A DNA stretch of 64,000 nucleotides from Myxococcales bacterium (GCA_016794465.1 JAEUKA010000067.1:38141-102140); one strand, 5' to 3'; shown: positions 18,919 to 29,517, counted from the first letter of the stretch. Numbers and translations are program-made. Notes: a model not told the origin generated them from the letters alone.

Positions 18919-19128
18919 AAATCCGGCTTCGGACCGGAGATGCCTCCCCAATCCGGCTATAAGCCGAGATGCTAGGCGGCGACCGAGGCTGCGCGCGGAG
19001 CGTACTACTGTACGTGAGCACGCAGCCGACCGAGCCAACAACGCAGATTGGCTTAGAGACGGATTGGGAAGCGTGAACAGGACTTGCACGAGCAAGAAGG
19101 CCGGACTAATACCTAGGCCGCTTACTTC

Positions 19129-20694
19129 TTGGCTTTGTGGAGCTTGCTCGTGCGCACTGTCTTGTTGCCGTGGCCCTCTGCCAACCTGAGGGCTGTTCGT
19201 CGTTTCTTCTGGCCGGTGGTGGCCTTGGGTCTTTTTGTCAGCTCGCTGGCGAGTGCGCAGCTGAAGCCGATGACAAGCGCGGAGCTACGTGACGCGCTGG
19301 AGACGGCGAAAGCGACGATGAGAAGCTCGTCCGCTGACCCCAAAGGGGTTCGCCAGCTCGATCTCGCCGCACTGTGGTCGCTGGCTGAGAGTAGGTTTCC
19401 GGGTCTTATCGCGGCCCGTCGCACCATCGATGCCGCCAAGCACACGCGCAATGAACAGATCTTCTTGCGGCTCCCGGCGGCGGATCTGTCGGGGTTTCTG
19501 ACGTGGTCTCCGAATGTGAAGTGCAAGACCACCGAAGAGCTGGCGGCGGAAGGGAAGGTGGGTCAGCTCGGTGGGCCGGATCACTGTAGCGAGACGAACA
19601 TCGCGCAGACGCTGAACACCTCGACGATTCAGAACTATCTGCCGCTGTATGGCGCGCTGGTGCAGCTGAACCTGCGGATTACGCAGCCGCTGTATACCTT
19701 CGGGAAGCTGACGGCGGCGTGGGATCTGGGACAGGTGGGGGTGGATCTGGCGGCGGCGCAGTCGGATGGGGCGCGACTGGATCATCAGCTGAATGTTCTG
19801 AAGGCCTACTTTGGGCTGAAGACGGCGCGGGCGGCGCTCGACACGGTGAAGGACGGCCACGATCAGGTGATTCGCTGGTCGAAGCAGATGGATCTCGACT
19901 TGGAGGCGGGCCGAGGCTCGGCGTCCGAGATCGATCTGATGCGGCTCCGGGTGGCAGAGTCGCAGATTGAGATCATTCTGATTGACCTGGAGCGGACGAT
20001 TGCCTCGACGCTGGCGGCGCTGCGCTACTGGGTGCAGGACCAGGCGATAGACATCGACTCGCAGGAGCTGGCGATCTGGCACGACGAGCGAGAGCCGCTC
20101 GACTACTACCTGGAGTCGGCAGTGCGCAACCGGCCCGAGCTGAGAGTGCTGCGGGCAACGGGGCAAGGGGCGCAGCTGTACAAGAAGCTGCGGATTGCAG
20201 AGCTCTTGCCCAGCTTTGGCATCATCGCGAACTTCGGCTATGGCTACGCGGGCGGAGTGCAGGACCCGAACCATGGCTTTATGAGCCGGCTCAACTACCT
20301 GGGGGCGGGCGTTGGTCTGGGAATGAGCTGGGGGCTGGACCTGGGGCCGAAGATTGCGCGGCTGCAGAAGTCGATTGCCGACGTAAACATCTTCGAGAGT
20401 CGGCGGCGCGAGCTGCTGGGTGGCGGGGCGCTGGAAATTGAGCGCGCCTACAACGATGTTCGGGAGGCCCAGCGCCGTCTAAAGGCTGCTGAGACAGCCG
20501 AGCGGCGAGCACGGGGCTGGCTGCAAGGGATCAAACAATCAATCGACGTGGGTACTGCCGAGGGGCGTGATATGAACGATGCGCTGCGAACGTACTTTGA
20601 TCAGCATGTCGCGGTGCTTCGGGCGACGAACGACCTAAATGTGGCTTGTGGCGCGCTCCGTCGAGTCTCTGGACTAGAGGTCATTCCCAAATGA
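19129..20694 (+). CDS. TolC-family outer-membrane efflux protein
   Basis: ORF track 521 aa (non-ATG start, exact start uncertain). Signal-like RRFFWPVVALGLFVSSLASAQ. Two-repeat coiled architecture with typical LDLAALWSLAESRFPGLIAARRTIDAA. Stop overlaps the next start (ATGA). Confidence 0.75.
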   Translation: MALWSLLVRTVLLPWPSANLRAVRRFFWPVVALGLFVSSLASAQLKPMTSAELRDALETAKATMRSSSADPKGVRQLDLAALWSLAESRFPGLIAARRTIDAAKHTRNEQIFLRLPAADLSGFLTWSPNVKCKTTEELAAEGKVGQLGGPDHCSETNIAQTLNTSTIQNYLPLYGALVQLNLRITQPLYTFGKLTAAWDLGQVGVDLAAAQSDGARLDHQLNVLKAYFGLKTARAALDTVKDGHDQVIRWSKQMDLDLEAGRGSASEIDLMRLRVAESQIEIILIDLERTIASTLAALRYWVQDQAIDIDSQELAIWHDEREPLDYYLESAVRNRPELRVLRATGQGAQLYKKLRIAELLPSFGIIANFGYGYAGGVQDPNHGFMSRLNYLGAGVGLGMSWGLDLGPKIARLQKSIADVNIFESRRRELLGGGALEIERAYNDVREAQRRLKAAETAERRARGWLQGIKQSIDVGTAEGRDMNDALRTYFDQHVAVLRATNDLNVACGALRRVSGLEVIPK

Positions 20695-21557
20695 GCAAAC
20701 AGCGGACTTTTCTGGCGACTTGTGCGGTGATTTCGCTTTCGTGGTTTTCTGGACTGGCGACGGTGCTGACGGAGGGCCCAGCGCGGGCGGCAACGGCAGT
20801 ACCGGCCAGTCCGAAGGCGACCTTGCAGCGGTTAAATGGCTCGTGCGAGCGGCTGCTGCGGATGAAGACCGAGCCGGGCTCGACCGAAGAGAACCGGGTG
20901 AAGGTCGAGATCAAGCAGTACGCCTCGGAGCTGCTCGACTACACCGAGCTGTGCAAGCGAGCGCTGGGGGAGCACTGGTCGAAGATGCCCGAGGACAAGC
21001 GGCTGGACTTCGTGGCCACGCTCAAAGAGCTGATCGAGCGGAACTACATCCGCCAGCTGCGGACGAACCTCGACTATGTCGTCAACTACGGCGAGGAGAG
21101 CATCGATGCCAAGGAAGCGAAAGTGGCGACGGCGCTGCGGCTCGCGACCAAGGGCAAAGTGACCGAGGTTCAGATCGACTACCGCCTGATCCAGCAGCCG
21201 GATGGCAGCTGGAAGGTCTACGACGTGATCACCGATGAGCTGTCGCTGGTGCGGAACTACCGAACCCAGTTCCAGAGAATCATCGGTGGCAACAATTATG
21301 ACGGACTGCTGTCGCGGATGAAGTCGAAGCTGGCCGAAGACAAAGCGAGCGAGGGCGGTGCCAAGCCGGCTGAGACTGCTTCGACGCCAGCTCCGACTCC
21401 TGCGCCAGCTGGAAAACCGGCGGCTCCGACCCCAGCGGCCAAGAGCGAGGTCAAGCCAGGGCTTGCGCCAGCCGGAAAGCCGACGGCTGCGCCAGTTGGA
21501 AAGCCGGCGACGCCGACTCCCGCGAAGCCAGTGAAGGTCGTTCCGACCGTGACCTAA
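20691..21557 (+). CDS. MlaC/Ttg2D-family phospholipid-binding protein with Pro/Ala-rich C-terminal tail
   Basis: ATG 20691 is in frame with ORF 20646..21557. Signal peptide, then DYRLIQQPDGSWKVYDVITDELSLVRNYRTQFQRII, typical of the toluene-tolerance Ttg2D/MlaC family. Confidence 0.75.
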   Translation: MSKQRTFLATCAVISLSWFSGLATVLTEGPARAATAVPASPKATLQRLNGSCERLLRMKTEPGSTEENRVKVEIKQYASELLDYTELCKRALGEHWSKMPEDKRLDFVATLKELIERNYIRQLRTNLDYVVNYGEESIDAKEAKVATALRLATKGKVTEVQIDYRLIQQPDGSWKVYDVITDELSLVRNYRTQFQRIIGGNNYDGLLSRMKSKLAEDKASEGGAKPAETASTPAPTPAPAGKPAAPTPAAKSEVKPGLAPAGKPTAAPVGKPATPTPAKPVKVVPTVT

Positions 21558-21591
21558 TCCGACTGCTACCAACCGAGAAAGGACTGTTGCG

Positions 21592-22947
21592 ATGGCTGAA
21601 GTGATTCCGTTTCGTGGCCTGCTCTATCGTCCGGCGGCGGCTCTGGGGCAAGAATCGAGCGATGCTTCGTCGCTTTTGGCGCCTCCCTACGATGTGATTG
21701 GCGAAACAGAGCGGCGGAGTCTGGCGGGACTGTCGGCCTTCAACAGTGTCCATCTGATCTTGCCGCAGGCTCCGGCGGGGTCGGCGGGCGATGCGCGGTA
21801 TGCGGTGGCCGGCGCGACGCTCCAGGCCTGGCAGCGGGGTCAGGTGGTGGTGCGCGATGAGCAGCCGGCTTTTTATCGCTACCACCAGGTGTTTTCTCCA
21901 CCGGGTGAGCCGAGTGCCGAGAAGGTGGTCCGGCGTGGCTTTGTCGCGCGGATTCGCCTGCATCGCTTTGCGGAAGGCGTGATCTTGCCGCATGAGCGAA
22001 CGCTGTCGGGTCCGAAGGTTGACCGGCTCAAGCTCAAGCGTGCGACGCGGACGCACCTGTCGCAGGTCTTTGGGCTCTACGATGATCCCGAGCGGCTCGC
22101 GGACGCGGCGTTCGCAAAGGTGGAGCAGTCGGCGCCGGAGCTGTTTGGTCACAGTGCAGATGGCGTCGAGCATCGGCTGTGGCGACTGACCGATCCGGCT
22201 GCGATCGAGGTGGTGCAGCGGGTCTTGCGGGATCGTCGCATCTATATCGCGGACGGCCATCACCGCTACGAGACGATGCTGGCGCTGCGCGAGGAGCTGC
22301 GCCAAGACCCGAGCTACTGCGGGCTCGACTCGGCGGTGGAGTACGGATCGATCTTCCTGTGCAACGTGCGCGATCCGGGCTTGTTTGTGTTCCCAACCCA
22401 CCGGGTGCTGCACAGCTTGCCGGGGTTCGATCTGCAAATGCTCCTGTCCCGGCTGGCGGGCGCATTTGTGGTCGAAGAGCGGACAGTGCCAACGGGCTCA
22501 GAGGCACGGGACGAGCTGTCGCGGCGCGGGCTGGAGGGGCCAAGCTACCTGCTGCTGTCGCGCGGTCGAGCCTTCTATCTGCGGCTGCGCACAGATGCTG
22601 ATCTGTCGGTGTTGCCGGGTCCGAGCGTGCTGCACAGCCTCGATGTGACGTTGCTACATGCGCTGATTTTGGAGCAAGCGCTGGGCATCGATCGGGCGGC
22701 GCAGGAGTCGCAGACCTATCTTCGCTACGTGAAGGACAACGAGCAGGCGCTGTCGGCGTCGCGCGAGCCGGACGTGCAGGCGGTGTTCATGATGAATCCG
22801 ACCAAAGTGACGCAGGTGATGGCGGTGTCGGAGGCGGGCGAGGTGATGCCGCAGAAGTCGACCTACTTCTATCCGAAGATTGCGTCGGGCATTGTGCTCA
22901 ATCCGCTGGACCCGGCCGAGTCGGTGTCGCCAAAAGAGGCGCGCTAG
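21592..22947 (+). CDS. DUF1015 domain protein
   Basis: ORF track 451 aa. MAEVIPFRGLLYRP...LLAPPYDVI...IADGHHRYETML, typical of DUF1015. Confidence 0.75.
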   Translation: MAEVIPFRGLLYRPAAALGQESSDASSLLAPPYDVIGETERRSLAGLSAFNSVHLILPQAPAGSAGDARYAVAGATLQAWQRGQVVVRDEQPAFYRYHQVFSPPGEPSAEKVVRRGFVARIRLHRFAEGVILPHERTLSGPKVDRLKLKRATRTHLSQVFGLYDDPERLADAAFAKVEQSAPELFGHSADGVEHRLWRLTDPAAIEVVQRVLRDRRIYIADGHHRYETMLALREELRQDPSYCGLDSAVEYGSIFLCNVRDPGLFVFPTHRVLHSLPGFDLQMLLSRLAGAFVVEERTVPTGSEARDELSRRGLEGPSYLLLSRGRAFYLRLRTDADLSVLPGPSVLHSLDVTLLHALILEQALGIDRAAQESQTYLRYVKDNEQALSASREPDVQAVFMMNPTKVTQVMAVSEAGEVMPQKSTYFYPKIASGIVLNPLDPAESVSPKEAR

Positions 22948-22950
22948 GTC

Positions 22951-23715
22951 GTGATGGACAAGGGTGTCGCCTCCGTCGCGCTGGGTGAGCTGACCTGCGA
23001 CTCGATCCTGCGCGGACGGCTGCGGCTGTGGCAGCCCGTCACGGGGTATCGCTTCAGCATTGATCCGCTGCTGCTCATCGACTTTGTGGGTGACGGTGCG
23101 CCGGCCAAGATTGCCGACCTAGGCGCGGGGGTTGGGGTGGTTGGACTTGGACTCGCACGGCGCTTTGAGCTGGCGCACGTGACGCTGGTGGAGCTGCAAC
23201 CACGACTGGCCGAGCTGTCCCGTCGCAACATCACCGAAAACGGCCTGACGGAGCGCTGTCAGGTCATCGAGGCCGATGTACTCGCAGTGCCCACGCGGCG
23301 CCTGCTGGCCGGCGGCAGCTTCGATCTGGTGGCGTCGTGTCCGCCCTACTATCCGGTCGGTCACGGTGGCGTCAATCCCGATAGCGAGGAGGCGATTGCC
23401 CGGCACGAGCTGCGACTGCCTCTGCCCAAGCTGGTGGCGGCGGCCAAGCGGCTGGTCGGCTTTCGCGGGCGGGTAGCGTTTGTCTATCCGTCACCAAGGC
23501 TGTCCGAGCTGCTGGTGGCGATGGCAGAGTCCGCGCTGCCGGTGCGGCGACTGCGACTCGTTCATCCTCATGCGGGCGAGCCGGCGCAGCGAGTGATGGT
23601 GGAGGCGCAAAAAGGATATCGAGGCGGCTTGCAGATTGAGCCACCGCTCTACGTTCGCGAGGCCGATGGTCGCTATTCTGCCCAAGCCCGTCGCGCCCTG
23701 GGTGAGCCCGATTAG
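22951..23715 (+). CDS. Class I SAM-dependent methyltransferase, TrmN6/YfiC-like (tRNA m6A37)
   Basis: ORF track 254 aa. LRLWQPVTGYRFSIDPLLL, DLGAGVGVVGL (motif I), SCPPYY ((N/D)PPY-type motif IV). Confidence 0.7.
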   Translation: MMDKGVASVALGELTCDSILRGRLRLWQPVTGYRFSIDPLLLIDFVGDGAPAKIADLGAGVGVVGLGLARRFELAHVTLVELQPRLAELSRRNITENGLTERCQVIEADVLAVPTRRLLAGGSFDLVASCPPYYPVGHGGVNPDSEEAIARHELRLPLPKLVAAAKRLVGFRGRVAFVYPSPRLSELLVAMAESALPVRRLRLVHPHAGEPAQRVMVEAQKGYRGGLQIEPPLYVREADGRYSAQARRALGEPD

Positions 23716-23760
23716 CCGCTCGCCTGACGATTTTTCACACCAACAACCTGGAGGACTTCG

Positions 23761-24171
23761 ATGACCGCTCGCTTTGTACTTTCGCTGTGTGCGCTGACCT
23801 TGATGCTTGGCTGTAAAGGAACCCGACCGGATGCGCCGCTGACCGGCTCTGAGTCGCTGCATGACCTGATGGAGTCGATGGAGTCCGCCGCCAAGCCGCT
23901 GTTTGCGCGGACGGCTGGGGCGCCGCTTACCGAGACGGAGCTGCCGACGCTGACGGCCTCGGCCAACCGCATCCTGGCGATCAATGCGGCGGTGAAGACG
24001 CGCTTTGCCAGCAAGCATCCGGCGACGTTTGTGGGCCACAGTGAGCAGCTCGAAAAGGGCAGTCAAGAGCTCGTGGCGGCGCTGCAAGCCAAGGACGCGG
24101 CGGCCACCCAAGCGGCGGTAAAGACCATCGATGGCGCGTGCGGGGCGTGTCACAAGGAGTTCAAGCAGTAG
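23761..24171 (+). CDS. Cytochrome c'-like (class II c-type cytochrome) lipoprotein
   Basis: ORF track 136 aa. Lipobox LMLGC, helical body, C-terminal CGACHKEFK (CxxCH near the C-terminus as in class II cytochromes c). Confidence 0.65.
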   Translation: MTARFVLSLCALTLMLGCKGTRPDAPLTGSESLHDLMESMESAAKPLFARTAGAPLTETELPTLTASANRILAINAAVKTRFASKHPATFVGHSEQLEKGSQELVAALQAKDAAATQAAVKTIDGACGACHKEFKQ

Positions 24172-24186
24172 TAGCCTGGAGAGACG

Positions 24187-25662
24187 ATGGCTGGTCGTCC
24201 ACACGAGCGGGAGCGCTTCTTTGCTCGGCTCTCGCTCCTTCTCGGCTGTGCGCTGCTGGGGATGGTGCTCGGGGGGGTCGGATCGCGTCTGCGGCGGACG
24301 GTGGTGGTGACGCAGCCCGTGCAGACGCAGCCAGCCGCTCAGCCAGCGACGCTGGTGGTTTCTTCGCCACCGACACCTCTCGATCTGGCGCAGCCGCCCC
24401 CGGTTCCCGATGCTGGGACGCGGCCTGTGCGCGAGCTGTGGGTGATGGTGGTTGATCAGTCGGGGCAGCCCGTCGAAGGAGTCTCGGTGCTAGCGAGGCC
24501 AGGCCTACAAACGGCGACGACGACAGCAGCAACGGTGGTGGGCGAGCTAGGTGTCCTGCCGGGGCCGCTGCCGTTTCCCGAGGAAGTGATGGCTGGGCAG
24601 ACGGCGGCTGCGGGCAAGCTCGATCGGGCCGGTGTCTCGACGGGCAGCTGGGTGGCGAAGAGCGACGTGAAGGGGCTGGTGCACTTTGCCTCGGTAGGCA
24701 GTGGTCGGCTGCTGCTGCTCGCGAACTTTCAGGGCAAGAGTGCGTCCGGTGAAGTCGAGGTTCCCGTCGCCACAGATGTCGCGCCGTCCGAGTCGGTGGT
24801 GCGCGTCGTGCTTCGGCTGGCCAGTCCGGTTGAGTGCGCTGAGTCCGTGTCTCTCGATGGCAGCGATCCGTTTGCGGCGGCGGCTGGCGGGGCAACTCGG
24901 GCTGACTTGCGCGGTCATCTCGTCGACCAGCGTGGCTTTGCGGTGGCGATGGCGCGGATTGATGCGGTCGTCGCGGGCAGTCGCAGTCAGACCCAAAGTG
25001 ATGCGCGAGGTCAGTTTGTGCTGCCGATGCTGCCGTCCGGTGAAGCGCGGCTGTCGGTGCGTGCGCCAGGTTTTGCGCCGCTCCAGCAGCTGGTTCGGGC
25101 CGAGCAGCGTCGTGAGGATCTGCGCATCGAGCTGCGGCCTGGAGGCGGCATCGCAGGGCAGATTGAAGATGTGCGGACCTCGGGGCTTCCCGATGGAGTA
25201 GAGGTCTGGCTGGAGCTGCCAAGTGGCGAGCGCTGGCCGATTACCCTGGCGCCGGACGGTCACTTTGTGCAGACCGGGCTGCCGGCAGGGTCGGTGGTGG
25301 TGCGTGCGCGTGCGCGTGGGTATGCCCAGGTGCGACAGGTCGTACAGGTTCCATATGGCTCGTCGCCGGATCAAGTGACAGTACGAGATGTGCGACTGCG
25401 GTTTCAGCGCGGCGCGCAGCTGACCGGCCAGGTGCGGGGTCCGCAGGGCAACGTCGAAGGCGCCGACCTGCAAGTGCGCTCGGATGATGGGCAGACGGTG
25501 GCGCAGGCACGCAGCGATCGACGGGGTGAGTTTGAGCTGACCGATCTACCGCCGGGGCGACTGCGGCTGCTGGTGAGCTGTGCGCAGGGCTCGGCGTCGC
25601 TGACCATCGAGCTGCGCGCCGGGGACCGTCAGCGTCAAGATGTCGAGATCGGCCCTCACTAA
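24187..25662 (+). CDS. Membrane-anchored protein with repeated carboxypeptidase-regulatory-like (CarboxypepD_reg) beta-sandwich domains
   Basis: ORF track 491 aa. N-terminal TM. Repeated G.V.D..G.PV..A.V......T.SD..G.F.L..LP.G...L.V motifs. Confidence 0.65.
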   Translation: MAGRPHERERFFARLSLLLGCALLGMVLGGVGSRLRRTVVVTQPVQTQPAAQPATLVVSSPPTPLDLAQPPPVPDAGTRPVRELWVMVVDQSGQPVEGVSVLARPGLQTATTTAATVVGELGVLPGPLPFPEEVMAGQTAAAGKLDRAGVSTGSWVAKSDVKGLVHFASVGSGRLLLLANFQGKSASGEVEVPVATDVAPSESVVRVVLRLASPVECAESVSLDGSDPFAAAAGGATRADLRGHLVDQRGFAVAMARIDAVVAGSRSQTQSDARGQFVLPMLPSGEARLSVRAPGFAPLQQLVRAEQRREDLRIELRPGGGIAGQIEDVRTSGLPDGVEVWLELPSGERWPITLAPDGHFVQTGLPAGSVVVRARARGYAQVRQVVQVPYGSSPDQVTVRDVRLRFQRGAQLTGQVRGPQGNVEGADLQVRSDDGQTVAQARSDRRGEFELTDLPPGRLRLLVSCAQGSASLTIELRAGDRQRQDVEIGPH

Positions 25663-25679
25663 AGCCGTTGCTGCCGTCG

Positions 25680-26804
25680 CTACTGGGCGAGCTTGAGGAC
25701 TTCCTCGGCAATGTTCGTCGCTGCGTCGGGTTTGCCGAGCCGCCGACTGGCACTGGCCATTGCTTGAAGCACCGCCCGGTCCGAACACAGCTCGCTGAGC
25801 ACACTGGCGACGAGCTGCGGCGTGGTGTCTTTTTGCTGGAGCAGCCTGGCCGCGCCATTTTCGACCAAGTAGCGGGCATTGTGCGTCTGGTGATCGTCGG
25901 CGGCGAACGGGAACGGAATCAGCACTGCCGGTCGGCCAATCGTCGTTAGCTCGGCAATCGTCGTCGCACCAGCCCGGCCAATCATCAGATCACAGTCGCG
26001 ATACGCCGCCGCCATGTCGCTGATAAACGGCTCGACCGAGATCGCTGAGGACAGCCCGACGAGCTGCGCGTAACGGCTCTTGGTGGACTCGAAGTCGGAC
26101 GGGCCGGTCTGATGATGAACTTGGATGTGCTCGGCGAGCGGCGACAGTGAGGCTGGCGGGTTTTTGTACAGCTCGGCGATGGCATCGACGAGCAGCGTGT
26201 TGACCGCCTTGGCGCCCAGAGAACCACCGAGGACGAGGATGCGCACGGGCCCGGTTCGCTCGACGGAAGCCTCCTGACAATCGACGATGGTCTGACGGAC
26301 GGGATTGCCCAGGAGCGCGGTCTTGCGACGAGGAAAATAGCGACCGGCATGTGGGAACGACGTAAAGATCTTGTGGGCCACGCGCGACAGGATGCGATTG
26401 GTCACTCCCGGCACTGAGTTCTGTTCCAGCACCACCGTCGGGATTCGCAGAAGCGCCGCCAGCAGCACCACCGGGCCAGAGGCATAGCCACCGACGCCAA
26501 CCACCACCTGGGGACGCAGCTTCCGCAGCAGTCCCAGCGTCTGAAACATCGCCACCGGCAGCCGCAACAGCGAGCGCAGCGTCGCCACCACCCCTTGGCG
26601 CTTAAGCCCCGAGATGTCGATCAGCGAAAGTGGATAGCCGGCCTGCGGAATGACCTTGGCCTCGATGCCACGGGCCGTCCCAACGAATGTCACGTGAGCG
26701 CCGTGCTGCCGCAGCTTTTCGCCGAGTGCCAGCCCCGGAAACAGATGTCCGCCGGTGCCGCCGCCAGCGATGACGATGCGTGTGGTGGTGTCAGGACGGC
26801 TCAT
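25680..26804 (-). CDS. murG: UDP-GlcNAc:lipid I N-acetylglucosaminyltransferase MurG
   Basis: In frame with ORF 25680..26948. ATG 26804 (MSRPDTTTRIVIAGGGTGGHLFPG) overlaps the ftsW stop (ATGA). Confidence 0.9.
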   Translation of the reverse strand: MSRPDTTTRIVIAGGGTGGHLFPGLALGEKLRQHGAHVTFVGTARGIEAKVIPQAGYPLSLIDISGLKRQGVVATLRSLLRLPVAMFQTLGLLRKLRPQVVVGVGGYASGPVVLLAALLRIPTVVLEQNSVPGVTNRILSRVAHKIFTSFPHAGRYFPRRKTALLGNPVRQTIVDCQEASVERTGPVRILVLGGSLGAKAVNTLLVDAIAELYKNPPASLSPLAEHIQVHHQTGPSDFESTKSRYAQLVGLSSAISVEPFISDMAAAYRDCDLMIGRAGATTIAELTTIGRPAVLIPFPFAADDHQTHNARYLVENGAARLLQQKDTTPQLVASVLSELCSDRAVLQAMASASRRLGKPDAATNIAEEVLKLAQ

Positions 26805-28018
26805 GCGCGGGCTCCGGCGAGACGCTGCGTACTGCGACGACGATTTTTGCGTCCGGGCAGCCAGCTCTTCCACGACCGACCTTTTTGGGGCTTCTCGACG
26901 GGGGCCGGCTCTCGACGCGAGATGTTGAGCAAGATGCCAATCGCGCACAAGTCAATCACCAGCGTCGAGCCACCGAACGACAGCAGCGGCAAGGTCAGCC
27001 CTTTGGTCGGCAGCGCTCCGAGCACCACGCCAATGTTAAACGCCGCCTGCAGCCCAAACATCGCCGTGATCCCGACCGCCAGATACAGCCCAAACGCATC
27101 ACGGGACCGCGCCGCCGTGAGACAGCCCCGCAGAATCAGCAGTGCATACAGCGCAATCACCGAGCCTATGCCGATGAAGCCCAGCTCCTCGCCGATGATC
27201 GCCAAGATGTAGTCGGTGTGCGCCTCGGGCAAAAACAGCAGCTTCTGGCGACTGTCACCCAGACCTTGGCCGGACAGACCTCCTGAACCGACGGCAATCA
27301 GCGACGCCGCCATCTGATAACCGAAGGTGTCACGGAACTGCCACGGATCGAGAAACGCGAGGATTCGCCGCAGTCGCCACGGAGTTCCGACGATGGCGTT
27401 GTAGACAATCGGCAGCGCTCCGAGCCCGGCAATCGCCAGGAAGCTAAAGCGAGTACCCGCGACGAACAGCATCGTGATGGTGATGCCTCCGACGATCATC
27501 GCCGTGCCCAGATCCGGCTGTTTGAGCAGCAGCCCGGAAAACAGACCACAGACGAGCAGTGGCGGCAGAAAGCCAATCAGAAAGCGGCGAACCAAGTCGG
27601 CTTTCTTGGCCAAGATGTGCGCCAAAAAGATGATCAGCGCGACCTTGGCCAGCTCGGCAGGCTGGAACGACAGCGGCCCCACGTGAAACCAGCGACGGGC
27701 GCCATTGACTCGCACCCCAACCACCAGCACCGCCGTCAGCAGCGTCGTCGACAGCCCAAGGATCGGGTACGCCAGCCGTCGGTACAGCGAGTAGTCGATG
27801 CGCATCGTCACCGCCATTCCGACCAGTCCGAGCAGCACCCACACCAGATCTCGGACCAGGAAGTAGCGACTGTCGCCCATCTTCTGCTGCGCCAGCACCG
27901 CCGACGACGAGTACACCATCACCAAGCCAAGTCCGACCAGCACGAGCACGACCGAGAACAGCACCGGATCGGCGCGATGCGGCACCGGCACAGGCAGCGC
28001 AGCTTCGTCGGCTTTCAC
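26801..28018 (-). CDS. ftsW: SEDS-family cell-division protein FtsW
   Basis: ORF track 405 aa, 10-TM SEDS pattern (GDSRQKLLFLPEAHTDYI...). Position between murD and murG. Confidence 0.9.
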   Translation of the reverse strand: MKADEAALPVPVPHRADPVLFSVVLVLVGLGLVMVYSSSAVLAQQKMGDSRYFLVRDLVWVLLGLVGMAVTMRIDYSLYRRLAYPILGLSTTLLTAVLVVGVRVNGARRWFHVGPLSFQPAELAKVALIIFLAHILAKKADLVRRFLIGFLPPLLVCGLFSGLLLKQPDLGTAMIVGGITITMLFVAGTRFSFLAIAGLGALPIVYNAIVGTPWRLRRILAFLDPWQFRDTFGYQMAASLIAVGSGGLSGQGLGDSRQKLLFLPEAHTDYILAIIGEELGFIGIGSVIALYALLILRGCLTAARSRDAFGLYLAVGITAMFGLQAAFNIGVVLGALPTKGLTLPLLSFGGSTLVIDLCAIGILLNISRREPAPVEKPQKGRSWKSWLPGRKNRRRSTQRLAGARA

Positions 28019-29514
28019 AGCGCGGCTCCATCGGGATCGTGACTGTGACGCATGGTGGCACCGGGCAGGGCGGCGACCGCATCAGCAAACACGGCGGCGC
28101 GATGGGCATAGTCTTTGAACATGTCAAACGACGAGCAGGCCGGTGACAGCACCACCGCATCGCCCGGCTGACAGAGTGCGACCGCTTGGGCCACCGCCGC
28201 AGGCAGCGTCGGGGCATGCTGCACCGGAAACGGACTGCCACGAAGCGACCGCTCGAGCAGCGGCGCGGCCTCTCCGATGACGATGGCACCTCGGGTCTTT
28301 TCCTTGCACAGGGTCTGCCGCAGCGGCTCGTACGAACCGCCTTTGTCGCGACCACCGGCAATCAGCACCAGCGGCCTTGGGAAGCCGGCCAGCCCGGCAA
28401 TCACCGCGTCGACGTTGGTACCTTTGCTGTCGTCGAAAAAGGCAATCCCTTGCGCTTCTCCGATGAGCTGCATCCGGTGGGGCAGGGCGGAAAAGGCAGC
28501 TGCAGCGCGACGGACCTCGTCATAGCTGGCCAGCCCCGAGGCACGCATCAGCAGAAACGCCGCCAGCGCATTGGCTTGGTTGTGGCGACCGACCAGCTGC
28601 AGCTCGCTCACGGGGTAGCGCTCCTCGCTGGGCTCTCGTCCGGCGAGCGCTGACTCCATCCCTCCGCTCACGCCGCGCAAGACCAGCTGACCATCCGCGA
28701 CGAAGCCGCCCAGCTGCACCAGCCGCCCCTGAATCCGTCGCGACGGCAGCGATGACTGGGTTGTAAACAAGAAGCTCGGCTCACTCGACCCCAAGTGCCT
28801 TGCGTAGAGCGCTTGGACCTCGGGATCGTCGGCGCTGACGACGCGGGGTGCCCATGGTGCCATGTTGCGGAAAATCCGCGCTTTGGCGTCACCGTACTCG
28901 CGCAGCGATGGATATCGGTCCAGGTGGTCAGGTGTCAGATTGAGCAGCGCCGCTGCGTGACAGCTCAGGCTCTCGCAAGTCTCCAGCTGATACGACGACA
29001 GCTCGATGACGACAATCCCTTGCGGGCCCCCGGCAGCGGTCCCGACCGCGTCGATGAGCGGCGTGCCCAGGTTGCCGCCGCAGAAGCTCGGTCGCTTGGT
29101 CGCTTTCGCAATCGCTCCGCACAAGCTGGTGACCGTAGATTTGCCGTTGGTGCCGGTGATGCCGACGACGGGAGCGGTGATGTACTGGCTGGCCAGCTCG
29201 ATCTCGCCGGTGATGGGAACTCCCGCCAGACGGGCTGCGACGATCGGTGGACGAGACTGCGGCACGCCCGGCGAACAGACGATGAGCTCGACGCCGCACA
29301 AGATGTCACTGCGCAGACCACCGAGGGCAAGGGTGAGTCTTCCCGTCGACAGCAGCGGACTTAGCGAGCCGAGTGCTGATCCAAGCGCCGCTTCCTCGCG
29401 ATCGTCACAGGCGACGACCTGGGCGCCGCGCTCGATGCAGAAGCGAATGACAGACAGGCCGCTCTTGCCCAATCCGACGACGGCGACACGACGAGACGCC
29501 AGAGGTGTCGGCAT
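28015..29514 (-). CDS. murD: UDP-N-acetylmuramoylalanine--D-glutamate ligase MurD
   Basis: ORF track 499 aa. VAVVGLGKSGLS, GITGTNGKSTVT. dcw position. Confidence 0.9.
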   Translation of the reverse strand: MPTPLASRRVAVVGLGKSGLSVIRFCIERGAQVVACDDREEAALGSALGSLSPLLSTGRLTLALGGLRSDILCGVELIVCSPGVPQSRPPIVAARLAGVPITGEIELASQYITAPVVGITGTNGKSTVTSLCGAIAKATKRPSFCGGNLGTPLIDAVGTAAGGPQGIVVIELSSYQLETCESLSCHAAALLNLTPDHLDRYPSLREYGDAKARIFRNMAPWAPRVVSADDPEVQALYARHLGSSEPSFLFTTQSSLPSRRIQGRLVQLGGFVADGQLVLRGVSGGMESALAGREPSEERYPVSELQLVGRHNQANALAAFLLMRASGLASYDEVRRAAAAFSALPHRMQLIGEAQGIAFFDDSKGTNVDAVIAGLAGFPRPLVLIAGGRDKGGSYEPLRQTLCKEKTRGAIVIGEAAPLLERSLRGSPFPVQHAPTLPAAVAQAVALCQPGDAVVLSPACSSFDMFKDYAHRAAVFADAVAALPGATMRHSHDPDGAAL

Positions 29515-29517
29515 CGC

